Positions 55,132 to 63,232 are shown, numbered from the stretch's first letter. The stretch: 64,000 nt of DNA from Chloroflexota bacterium (GCA_016190445.1 JACPQL010000049.1:3710-67709); one strand, 5' to 3'. The notes: generated from the letters alone by a model not told the origin. Made by a program: numbers and translations.

Positions 55132-57453
55132 CTATGGGAGGGGCACGGCGGCAACCACCGTGGTCCCCACTCCAGGCGCAGACCGAATCTCAAAAGAACC
55201 GTTCACCTGTACAATCCTCTCGCGCATCCCGGAGAGCCCGAACCCCTCTTTGCTGTCAAAGTCTGGGCTGAACCCGACCCCGTCGTCCCGCACCTCAATG
55301 CCCACCCGCCTGGCCTGCCGTGACAGGGACACGTCTATGCGAGTGCCGTGGGAGTGCTTCATCGCGTTGTTGGTGGCCTCCTGGGTTACACGGAACAGGG
55401 CCAGCTCCGTATCTGCCGGAAACCTCTCATCTTCATCCACGTCATGCAGCGACAGTCGAGTTACCATGCTGGATTGTCGTGATACTCCCTCCAGGAGCCA
55501 CTCAAGGGCCGCAGCAAGCCCCAAGTCGTCAAGGACTGCGGGCCTGAGGCGCGAGCAGATCTCTCGGAGCTCAGACGCAAGCTGGCGGGCCATGCTGGCT
55601 CGGCCTTCTGCGCCCTTCGGAAGGTCGAGCATGAGCGCCATTGCCTTCTGAAGAGGCCCATCGTGGATATCACCGGCCATGCGCGCCCGCTCGTCTTCTG
55701 CTGCTCTGACTAGCCGCTGGTTCAGCGCTCGCAGCTCCTCCGCAAGTTGGCTCTTATCAATCGCCAGGGCTAGCAGGGGCGACAGGGTGGCGACGAATCC
55801 TTTCTCCTCCGCCAGGAACACCTCTCCGCCCTCTTTCGGGCCCAGCAGAATGCGGCCAAGGCATCGCCCCGATAGTTCCAGGTTTACCAGTAGGAAGGAA
55901 TCAGACTCCCATCTGAGGTCAATGACTCCCCGACTGTCTGGCGCTCTGGCGGAGGCTTCAAGCTGGGGAGAGAGGCGCTGAAGTACATCGTCGGCCCGAG
56001 GCCCAGCCTTCGCTATTGGCTGACGTGCTCCGTCACCGGTCCCTGGGAGAACAATTGCTGACTCGAGGCGAAGCACCTGCGCAAGCTGCTTCGCAATTGT
56101 CTCCCCTACCATGATGGTACGATCGGAGACGAGGATGTTCCGATGGACGGTCTCCAGGGCAGTCTGGTAGTCCACTACGTCTCTGTAAATGAGGTTGTCC
56201 ACCAGCCACCACGCTCCGCGACGCAAAGGGAGAAACAGGGCTATGCCGCCAACCAAGATTGCGACGTTGAGAAGCCTCAGGTTTCCGCTGCGACCCGCCC
56301 TGCCAGCCAGTGGTTCAATCACCACCATGCTGATTGCGAGTAAGACGAGCAAGGCCAGAGTTGCCACGCCGTAGACCATGCCACGGTGGACCAGTCGTCG
56401 GATTCCCAGCAACTGATGCTGGAGAATAGCATAGGCGAAGGAGGCAGGCATGACTCCGAGGGCGAGCACTGTGATGTGGTCAGGAAGTAGGGATGAGCGC
56501 CCCAAGACTTTGGGCATGAGGGAAAGACCCGCAAAAGGCACTATACTCAAGGCTGTTCCCCACAACAGCAGTCGGGCTTGGATTTGGCCGAGCGCCGACC
56601 GGCGCCGCACTGCCTCGACCAAAAGCACTGTGAATCCACCTAGAACTGAGGCCGACACGAAGAGCAGGACCGCTGGCCTCACCACCGCGTAGAGAGACGG
56701 GGTGGCCAGGAGGGAGACCCCATAAGAGGCCCCAAGGAAGAGCCCCACGCCTGCGAACATGAAGGTGAGGGAAGGGTGTCGTGAGTCTGTAGGACCACGG
56801 GTGATGGCGGACACAAACGGAAGGAAAGACTGGCCAATGCCGATGAGGCTAATGCCCTGAAGGATACGTGCCCAGTAGGGCGCGGGTCCCCCGGCGCTGG
56901 GCCCCACCGCCAGGGCTACTGCCACGAAGCCTGCAAAAACCCAGAACATCCTGGCTGCGGCGAGGTCGGGCCGACGCAGGACGACGGCCGAGCCCAGCAA
57001 GGCGAACATTGCGCCGATGGCCCACAGCGAGAACTTCATCGGGCTGCGGGACATCGCTGGGTAGGTCATCTCCATGCGGAGTATGTTTCCACCAGACCCC
57101 ATCATCTCAATCTGCACAACGGGCCCTCGGGGAGCAGCGTCAATGTCGCCTGCTGTCACGCTCCGCCCGTTCACAGACAGGACTGGCATCCCTGGCCTGG
57201 CGCCGTAGAACCAGCCCAGGCCCCCTGGCACGGCTCTCGAAATGCAAGGTGCCTCTCCGCAAAGCCCTACCTCGAGACCCAGGGAGCCTGACTGCAACGT
57301 GGACCCGTAGGAGGCCACGGCCAGAGCCGAGTAGACGGCGACCAGGAAGAACGCCGCGAGTCTGGGAAAGAGAGAGCTATAGGCGGACAGAGGCCCGCTA
57401 AACCGCGACAGCCACCGCTGGTTGGTCAACCACGGAACCGAGGAAGTCTTCAA
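55132..57453 (-). CDS. polytopic (~10 TM) sensor histidine kinase, HisKA_3 + HATPase_c (ComP-like architecture)
   Basis: 773 aa. One N-terminal TM, a ~100-aa extracytoplasmic segment, about nine further hydrophobic helices and a cytoplasmic linker, then H-box ERARMAGDIHDGPLQKA and ATPase blocks EATNNAMKHS, DDGVGF and GFGLSGMRERI. TTG start with GGAGGTGAGG upstream. Overlaps the upstream gene by 56 nt. Confidence 0.85.
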   Translation of the reverse strand: MKTSSVPWLTNQRWLSRFSGPLSAYSSLFPRLAAFFLVAVYSALAVASYGSTLQSGSLGLEVGLCGEAPCISRAVPGGLGWFYGARPGMPVLSVNGRSVTAGDIDAAPRGPVVQIEMMGSGGNILRMEMTYPAMSRSPMKFSLWAIGAMFALLGSAVVLRRPDLAAARMFWVFAGFVAVALAVGPSAGGPAPYWARILQGISLIGIGQSFLPFVSAITRGPTDSRHPSLTFMFAGVGLFLGASYGVSLLATPSLYAVVRPAVLLFVSASVLGGFTVLLVEAVRRRSALGQIQARLLLWGTALSIVPFAGLSLMPKVLGRSSLLPDHITVLALGVMPASFAYAILQHQLLGIRRLVHRGMVYGVATLALLVLLAISMVVIEPLAGRAGRSGNLRLLNVAILVGGIALFLPLRRGAWWLVDNLIYRDVVDYQTALETVHRNILVSDRTIMVGETIAKQLAQVLRLESAIVLPGTGDGARQPIAKAGPRADDVLQRLSPQLEASARAPDSRGVIDLRWESDSFLLVNLELSGRCLGRILLGPKEGGEVFLAEEKGFVATLSPLLALAIDKSQLAEELRALNQRLVRAAEDERARMAGDIHDGPLQKAMALMLDLPKGAEGRASMARQLASELREICSRLRPAVLDDLGLAAALEWLLEGVSRQSSMVTRLSLHDVDEDERFPADTELALFRVTQEATNNAMKHSHGTRIDVSLSRQARRVGIEVRDDGVGFSPDFDSKEGFGLSGMRERIVQVNGSFEIRSAPGVGTTVVAAVPLP

Positions 57454-58402
57454 GGCGCCTCACCTCCACGCCGCGGGCCCCGAGGCCAAGCAGGCTGGCC
57501 TTTGCCCTGTTGAGGAACACCTCGGCCACCACGGCGCAGAAAACCCTGGCACCGGAAGCCTCGAACTGGCGGCCCGTGCTGGCACGGTCCCGCTCTAGTT
57601 CGGCGTGGTGCCGCACACCGCCACTCTTGACGGGTGATTGTAGCAGGGAGCGACAGAAAAAGACTACGGGCACGGTCTGTTTGTGCCGTGCCAGGTCTCC
57701 CGGCAGACCCCGTTCTGGGCACACGTCCCTCATGTCGTCCACCAACTGGGCATACGTGAACAGATTGAGGCCGAAATCGCCCAGGACCCTGATGGTCGTG
57801 GACCCAGCCCCTGCGAGCGAGGCACCGAACTCCGCCGCCAGCCTGCCCAGCGAGCCTGCTTTGAGCGAGGTCATTGAGAGGGCCTGGTCCATGCGGGTGA
57901 GGGGGCTCCTCTCCAGGGAGGCGTCCATGAATTGTCCTGCGCAGGACTGGAGCGAAGTCCGGAACAGTCTGTTCAGAGCTTTGAAAGCGCGATTTCGTGG
58001 GCCTTGCTGTTGCGCCGCTTCGCTGGCGGCTGCAAAGGCACAGACCATTAGGGACACGGCCAGAGACAGCTCCTCCGCATCGGTACTGGCCAGCTCAATG
58101 CCAACGTCCTGATCGGCCAGGTGGTCGAACATGTAGGCTGAGTCCATCAGTAGCTCAACTGCGGCTGCCCCGCGGACCGCCTGCCTCGTAGGCGGCCCAG
58201 AGACGGCCTCAAAGGCGTGCAGGCAGAGGGCGCCGGTGTGGCAAGGGGCCTCCGGATGCAGGACAAGACCCGGCCGGCCCAGGGCGCGCAGCATGGCATC
58301 CCGGTGGGCCGGCTTCTGGCAGTGCCGGGTAACGCTTAGCCTGGCCTCTTGTCTTAGTGCGTCCAACACTGGACCGGCACCCCCTTCCTGAGCCGTCTTC
58401 AA
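57398..58402 (-). CDS. polyprenyl-diphosphate-synthase-fold protein with a degenerate first Asp-rich motif (ComQ-like candidate peptide prenyltransferase)
   Basis: AAAVELLMDSAYMFDHLADQD (FARM position, no DDxxD and no RRG), AGQFMDASLE...SLKAGSLGRLAAEFGASLAG, FTYAQLVDDMRDV (SARM), GLPGDLARHKQTVP. TTG start 3 nt after the peptide ORF stop. Confidence 0.6.
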   Translation of the reverse strand: MKTAQEGGAGPVLDALRQEARLSVTRHCQKPAHRDAMLRALGRPGLVLHPEAPCHTGALCLHAFEAVSGPPTRQAVRGAAAVELLMDSAYMFDHLADQDVGIELASTDAEELSLAVSLMVCAFAAASEAAQQQGPRNRAFKALNRLFRTSLQSCAGQFMDASLERSPLTRMDQALSMTSLKAGSLGRLAAEFGASLAGAGSTTIRVLGDFGLNLFTYAQLVDDMRDVCPERGLPGDLARHKQTVPVVFFCRSLLQSPVKSGGVRHHAELERDRASTGRQFEASGARVFCAVVAEVFLNRAKASLLGLGARGVEVRRLEDFLGSVVDQPAVAVAV

Positions 58403-58405
58403 GAC

Positions 58406-58615
58406 TTAGAACCACTCGCTCGTAGCTGGCTGCCCAATCCCGCCAGTGTCCGGTTTTGCTTGCAGCCGCTTCAGCAGGCTTCTTGCCGCGCTGGCAAACT
58501 CGTTGGTTGGCGACGCGCCACCGTCTTCGCCAGCGGCTAGACCCGCCAATGCGGGTCGCATGGGGCTGGTGCGGGTGGCCCTCGATAGGGCCTTCTCCAA
58601 TTCACTAAGTTTCAT
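58406..58615 (-). CDS. 69-aa candidate pheromone precursor (ComX-like) ending ...GQPATSEWF
   Basis: GGAAGGAGG, a 5-nt spacer, then ATG 58615. Product MKLSELEKALSRATRTSPMRPALAGLAAGEDGGASPTNEFASAARSLLKRLQAKPDTGGIGQPATSEWF. The 91-aa track ORF start at 58681 lacks an RBS. Confidence 0.5.
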   Translation of the reverse strand: MKLSELEKALSRATRTSPMRPALAGLAAGEDGGASPTNEFASAARSLLKRLQAKPDTGGIGQPATSEWF

Positions 58616-58663
58616 ATGGGCCTCCTTCCTGTACTTGTACTTGGCTGCGCGCCCGACGGCGGG

Positions 58664-58692
58664 AGAGTATGCCCTGCACAAGCGGAGTGCAA
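58664..58692 (-). promoter_or_regulatory. candidate promoter of the peptide-transferase-kinase operon
   Basis: Minus strand reads TTGCAC (58692-58687), a 17-nt spacer, then TACTCT (58669-58664). It is overlapped by the inverted repeat TGCAC-7 nt-GTGCA (58675-58691). Confidence 0.3.
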
Positions 58693-58702
58693 CCGTGCCT
58701 TA

Positions 58703-58728
58703 GGGGCTTTCACTTAGGTGAAAACCCT
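58703..58728. promoter_or_regulatory. palindromic candidate operator TTTCAC-N4-GTGAAA
   Basis: GGGGCTTTCAC-TTAG-GTGAAAACCCT, with a perfect 6-4-6 core at 58708-58723, about 93 nt upstream of the peptide ATG and just upstream of the candidate -35. Confidence 0.4.
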
Positions 58729-58995
58729 GAGTGTCCAGGTGAGCAGATGGCTGGTGGGTACGCCCTGCAAATGCTCAGAGGCCGCCTCGCCTTTGCCTTT
58801 CAAACGGACCTTGTGATTTTCGGGACACTCTGGAAGCTAGGACCGGCCGCGCTGGCTATCTGGCATGTGCATCAACGGGGACCTCTCTCACCTGGCGGGA
58901 GTCGGGGGTTTCACGGAGGGGCATACCCCGGCCCCACGGATGTGCCAGGTGAGCCGCCAATCTACCATACAAGGAAGTCATCTGAAAACTCGGTC

Positions 58996-59115
58996 CTGGG
59001 GGGAGTCCAGAGGGGGTTCCACCCCCTCTGGCGGGGTTCTAGGGGTGTCCCCTAGCTTCTCTCTTCTTTCCCCCTCTCCCTTCAGGGAGAGGGGGATCAA
59101 GGGGGTGAGGGTTTT
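58996..59115 (+). repeat. hairpin-rich intergenic repeat, copy C (full length)
   Basis: Hairpin 1 is CCAGAGGGGG-TTCCA-CCCCCTCTGG and hairpin 2 is CCCTCTCCCTT-C-AGGGAGAGGG, followed by GGGGGTGAGGG. Ends at the start of the next regulator ORF. Confidence 0.7.
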
Positions 59116-59193
59116 CAGATGAGTTCAAGTTGTGCCAGGGTGCAGTGGCTTGCAGGACCGGCAACCTGGCAAGAATCGCCTAAGGAGAGGAAC

Positions 59194-59874
59194 TTGAGCA
59201 CGGCCACGACTGCACGCCCGATCACCGTCCTAGTAGTTGACGACCACGAACTGGCCCGCCAGGGAGTTAGGCAATTCCTCAAGCCAAGCAGGCACATCAA
59301 GGTCGTAGGCGAAGCAGCGAACACCTCTGAGGCCATCCGTCTCATGAGCCAACTCCAACCGAGCGTCGTCCTGCTCGATATCCGGCTCGGCCAGGGCAGC
59401 GGCCTGGATGTTGCCCGGGCTGCCAAGGCGAGTGCCCCAGACACCAAGGTGCTGGTCCTCAGTGCCTACGACGATCGGCAGTACGTCAGCAGATCGAAAA
59501 GGCTGGGCGTCGCGGGGTACTTGATGAAAGGTCTCTCCCCGGAAGAACTCTCCAGGGCCGTCGAGGATACGGTCCATGGCAGACCCACATCTGCTCGCGA
59601 AGTGGCAGACAAAGTGTCCGGCCATGCCACACCGCACTGGGGGACCACCCAGAGGGTCCCACAAAGAAGGGAACTGACGGTGCGCGAATCGGAAGTGCTG
59701 GAACTCATGCTACAAGGCCTGCGAAATCGCGCCATCGCTGCTGCTTTGGGCATCTCCGTAAAGACCGTGGAAACCCATGTTGAGCACATACTTTTGAAGC
59801 TGGAGGCGGCTAGCCGAACGGAGGCCGTGCTTGCTGCCATCAAAGGCGGCTGGTTGGAAGAGGCTGTGTCTTGA
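59194..59874 (+). CDS. NarL/LuxR-family response regulator
   Basis: ITVLVVDDHELARQGV, VLLDIRLGQGSG, LTVRESEVLELMLQGLRNRAIAAALGISVKTVETHV. TTG 59194 is preceded by TAAGGAGAGG; the track start 59119 lies inside the repeat. Confidence 0.85.
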   Translation: MSTATTARPITVLVVDDHELARQGVRQFLKPSRHIKVVGEAANTSEAIRLMSQLQPSVVLLDIRLGQGSGLDVARAAKASAPDTKVLVLSAYDDRQYVSRSKRLGVAGYLMKGLSPEELSRAVEDTVHGRPTSAREVADKVSGHATPHWGTTQRVPQRRELTVRESEVLELMLQGLRNRAIAAALGISVKTVETHVEHILLKLEAASRTEAVLAAIKGGWLEEAVS

Positions 59875-60000
59875 CTCGCGGACTGGTGACCTTACCAGCG
59901 GAGGGCAACAATCGAAGGACACACCGCGGGTAATGAGGCCGCGAGGTCCGGGAATTGCCAGAGAGCGCAGCAAGTGCGGTATGCGTTCTAGAAAAGTAAC

Positions 60001-60855
60001 TTGGCCGTTATGAACAGCATGGAAGGCGCCATAAGGGTGCTCTTGGTGGATGACCATCACATGGCCCGAGAGAGCCTGCGCCGCGTGCTTGCCGTGGAAC
60101 GAGACATACAGGTCGTCGCCGAGGCGTCGGATGGGCTAGAGGCGCTGGCAAAAATTCAGTCACTCGGGCCGGACGTTGTTCTCATGGACCTCCGAATGCC
60201 GAATATGGGCGGGCTGGATGCCCTGCAAGCCCTGAAAAGGATGAACCTCACGCGGAAGGTCATTGTCTTCAGTTTCTACGAGGAGTATCTGGCACGGGCG
60301 ATTGACGCTGGCGTGGGCGGTTATCTGCTCAAGGACGTGCCGCGTGGGGAGGTGCCCAACGCCATCCGGCGGGTGTACCGTGGCGAGTTGGTGCTCGGAA
60401 GCACTATCCGTTCCGGCCCTCAGGCGACTGCAAGCGTACTTCAACGTCTACAGGGAATAGGGCGCGTGAGGCCCGTGTCTCCTGAACACCGGGTAGAAGC
60501 AGAGCTGCTGATACAAGCGCCGGTGGAACCCACTCAGTTGCTTGAATTTATGGCTGGACTAAGACGCGACTTGGAGGCGGAGATTGCGGAGATGGCGCCT
60601 TTGCCGGGTGATCGAGGGATACGCCTCCGACTGATGCTACCTCTACGTGCCCCAGTGAAAGACACCTTGTCGGAATTGCCGCAGGTAGAGTCGCTGCTGG
60701 AAGAGCAGCCGACGGGAGGATTTCACCAGGAAGGGTACGGCGCCCTTGGCCGGGATGCCGGTCTTCGATTTCGTGTCGCTCTCAAGTGCTCGTCCGCTGA
60801 CACAGGCCGGAGGGATGCCGGGCCGCTCGCGGGTCAACCGGGCGCCAGCGGCTAG
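60001..60855 (+). CDS. REC-domain protein with an unrecognised ~140-aa C-terminal domain (no HTH seen)
   Basis: IRVLLVDDHHMARESL, VLMDLRMPNMGG, GVGGYLLKD, then EAELLIQAPVEPTQLLEFMAGLRRDLEAEIAEM... with no family recognised. The start is TTG 60001, ATG 60010 or ATG 60019. Confidence 0.7.
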   Translation: MAVMNSMEGAIRVLLVDDHHMARESLRRVLAVERDIQVVAEASDGLEALAKIQSLGPDVVLMDLRMPNMGGLDALQALKRMNLTRKVIVFSFYEEYLARAIDAGVGGYLLKDVPRGEVPNAIRRVYRGELVLGSTIRSGPQATASVLQRLQGIGRVRPVSPEHRVEAELLIQAPVEPTQLLEFMAGLRRDLEAEIAEMAPLPGDRGIRLRLMLPLRAPVKDTLSELPQVESLLEEQPTGGFHQEGYGALGRDAGLRFRVALKCSSADTGRRDAGPLAGQPGASG

Positions 60856-61030
60856 CTGGGCAGTCCGTGCGAGGGAACCCAGCAGTTCGGGACGTGCTTG
60901 AGGACTGCATTGGGAATGAGGAAGGCAGGGAATGCGTGAGCGAACTGTCACTGCTGCCGCTCGTCCGGGTAGACGCCATGAATCAGTGCGTCGGCAATCT
61001 CGTGAGTCGAACGGTTCAGGGTCCAACCGA

Positions 61031-63232
61031 ATGCAAACAGAGGAGGAAGCTGAGGCGTTCCTGGAATTGCTGCCGGACGCTGTGGTGATCGTTGACCGTG
61101 AAGGGCACATAACATATATCAACGGCGAGACGGAAAGGATGTTCGGCTACAGCCGTGCTGAAGTGCGCGGAGTGGCCGTGGAAATCTTGATGCCCGAGCG
61201 CTTCAGGAAGCGACATAGTGAACAACATGCGAAGTACTTCTCGGACCCGCGAGTCGAGCCGATGGGGATCGGCTTGGAGAAATACGGCAGACGCCGTGAC
61301 GGTAGTGAGTTCCCTGTTGACATCATGGTCAGCCCCTTCAGGACAAGAGCTGGCTCCGCGTTCATTGCTGTTGCTCGTGACGTCAGTGACCGGAAGCGCA
61401 TGGAGGAGGACCTGCTCAAGGCAAACCGCGGGCTCAGGATGCTGAGCCGCTGTAACGAAGTGTTGGTGCACGCCACTGAGGAGTCAGACCTACTTCAGAA
61501 TATATGCCGAATCGTCGTGGAGATCGGTGGATACAGACTGGCGTGGGTCGGGTTTGCCGAGCACGACAACAGGAAGAGGGTGCGCCCCGTAGCGCAAGCG
61601 GGGTGCGAGCAAGAATACCTTGACGGGCTGGATACCAGATGGTCGAATGCCAAACAGGGTCGCGGCCCCACCGGGCAAGCTATCCGCCTGGGCAAACCGT
61701 CAATAATGCGTGATATCTTGCGGGACCCCAACTACGAACCCTGGCGCGCTCAAGCAGCCGAGCGAGGCTTCGCATCGTCCATCGCCCTGCCTCTCACCGC
61801 CGGTGGCAGTACGTTCGGAGCACTGAACGTCTACTCAGCGAGGCCGGACGCTTTTGACGGCGACGAGGTGAAGCTGTTGATGGAACTCGCAGCCGACTTG
61901 GCTTATGGCATCATGGTCATCCGCACTCGTGCACAGCACAAGCGCACGGATGAGGCGCTGCGTTCCAGCGAACACCTGCTGGCCAACGTCTTGCGCCTGG
62001 CACCAGACGCCGTCATATCAGTTGATGAAATGCAACACATCCGCCTTTTTAATCGGGCAGCCGAGGTGATTTTCGGCTACTCTGCGGAAGAGGTAGAAGG
62101 GAAGCCGCTGGACGTCCTGTTGCCCGAGCGATTCGTTGAACTGCATCACGCACATGTGCAGGAGTTCAGCCAGTCGCCGGCGGCAGTGCGTTACATGAAC
62201 CAACGAGGTCCTGCGCACGGTCGGCGCAGGAATGGGACAGAGTTTCCCGCCGAGTGCGCCATATCCAAGGTGGAAAGCGATGGCCAGAAAACCTTCGTTG
62301 CGGTGGTGCGTGATATTACCGAACGCGTGCAAGCAGAAGAGACACTACAGGAGAGTAACCACCGGTTGGAGAAGGCGCTAGGAGACCTGAAAGCAGCGGA
62401 ATCGCAACTCGTCCGGCAGGAACGCCTGAACGCCCTGGCGCAGATGGCCGGAGGCATTGCTCACGACTTCAACAACGCACTGACGGGGATTATTGGCTTC
62501 AGCGACCTGCTGCTCAGTCGCCGAACGATCCTGAACGATAGGGAGCAGGTGACACGCTACTTGCGCCTGATAAACACAACCGCCATGGGCGCAGCGAGCA
62601 CGGTCCACCGGATGCGCGAGTTCTACCGAACTCGCCAGGATACCGATGTCTACGCGCCAGTCAACATCAACCAGGTGGTGGAGCAAGCCATCTCCCTCAC
62701 TCAGCCCAAGTGGAAGAATGAGGCGGAAGGAAGCGGCAGTGCTATCAGCATCCACACCGAGCTGGAGCAAGTGCCTCGCGTCGAGGGAAATGAGGGTGAA
62801 CTCCGGGACGCACTGGTCAACCTGATATTCAATGCGGTGGACGCGCTCGCTCCTCCGCATCGGGGTGAGGGGCCATCGAAACAAGGAATAATAGGTCTCC
62901 GCACTCGGGACCTGGGGGACCATGTGATTGTCGAGGTGACGGATACCGGCGTTGGGATGACCGAGGAGGTCCGGCGACGTTGCCTGGAGCCGTTCTTCAC
63001 CACCAAGGGCCAGGTAGGGACAGGCCTGGGCCTGGCGATGGTCCACGGCACCGTTCAGCGGCACAATGGGTCAATTGACATCGCGAGCGCACTGGGTGAG
63101 GGGACCACCGTCAGCATCCGCCTCCCCGTCCACGGCGCGCAGAAGGGAGAGGGAAGTTGGACAGCAACACCAGCCGCGTCGCGCCCGCCGATGGAGGCGT
63201 GGGGGCCGCCCGCGGGGCTACAAGTGTCATGA
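61031..63232 (+). CDS. cytoplasmic PAS-GAF-PAS sensor histidine kinase (HisKA + HATPase_c)
   Basis: LLPDAVVIVDREGHITYING (PAS), GYRLAWVGFAEHD...GFASSIALPL (GAF), LAPDAVISVDEMQHIRLFN (PAS), MAGGIAHDFNNAL (H-box), DTGVGM, GTGLGLAMV. The Arg-rich track N-extension from 60932 was dropped. Confidence 0.88.
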   Translation: MQTEEEAEAFLELLPDAVVIVDREGHITYINGETERMFGYSRAEVRGVAVEILMPERFRKRHSEQHAKYFSDPRVEPMGIGLEKYGRRRDGSEFPVDIMVSPFRTRAGSAFIAVARDVSDRKRMEEDLLKANRGLRMLSRCNEVLVHATEESDLLQNICRIVVEIGGYRLAWVGFAEHDNRKRVRPVAQAGCEQEYLDGLDTRWSNAKQGRGPTGQAIRLGKPSIMRDILRDPNYEPWRAQAAERGFASSIALPLTAGGSTFGALNVYSARPDAFDGDEVKLLMELAADLAYGIMVIRTRAQHKRTDEALRSSEHLLANVLRLAPDAVISVDEMQHIRLFNRAAEVIFGYSAEEVEGKPLDVLLPERFVELHHAHVQEFSQSPAAVRYMNQRGPAHGRRRNGTEFPAECAISKVESDGQKTFVAVVRDITERVQAEETLQESNHRLEKALGDLKAAESQLVRQERLNALAQMAGGIAHDFNNALTGIIGFSDLLLSRRTILNDREQVTRYLRLINTTAMGAASTVHRMREFYRTRQDTDVYAPVNINQVVEQAISLTQPKWKNEAEGSGSAISIHTELEQVPRVEGNEGELRDALVNLIFNAVDALAPPHRGEGPSKQGIIGLRTRDLGDHVIVEVTDTGVGMTEEVRRRCLEPFFTTKGQVGTGLGLAMVHGTVQRHNGSIDIASALGEGTTVSIRLPVHGAQKGEGSWTATPAASRPPMEAWGPPAGLQVS

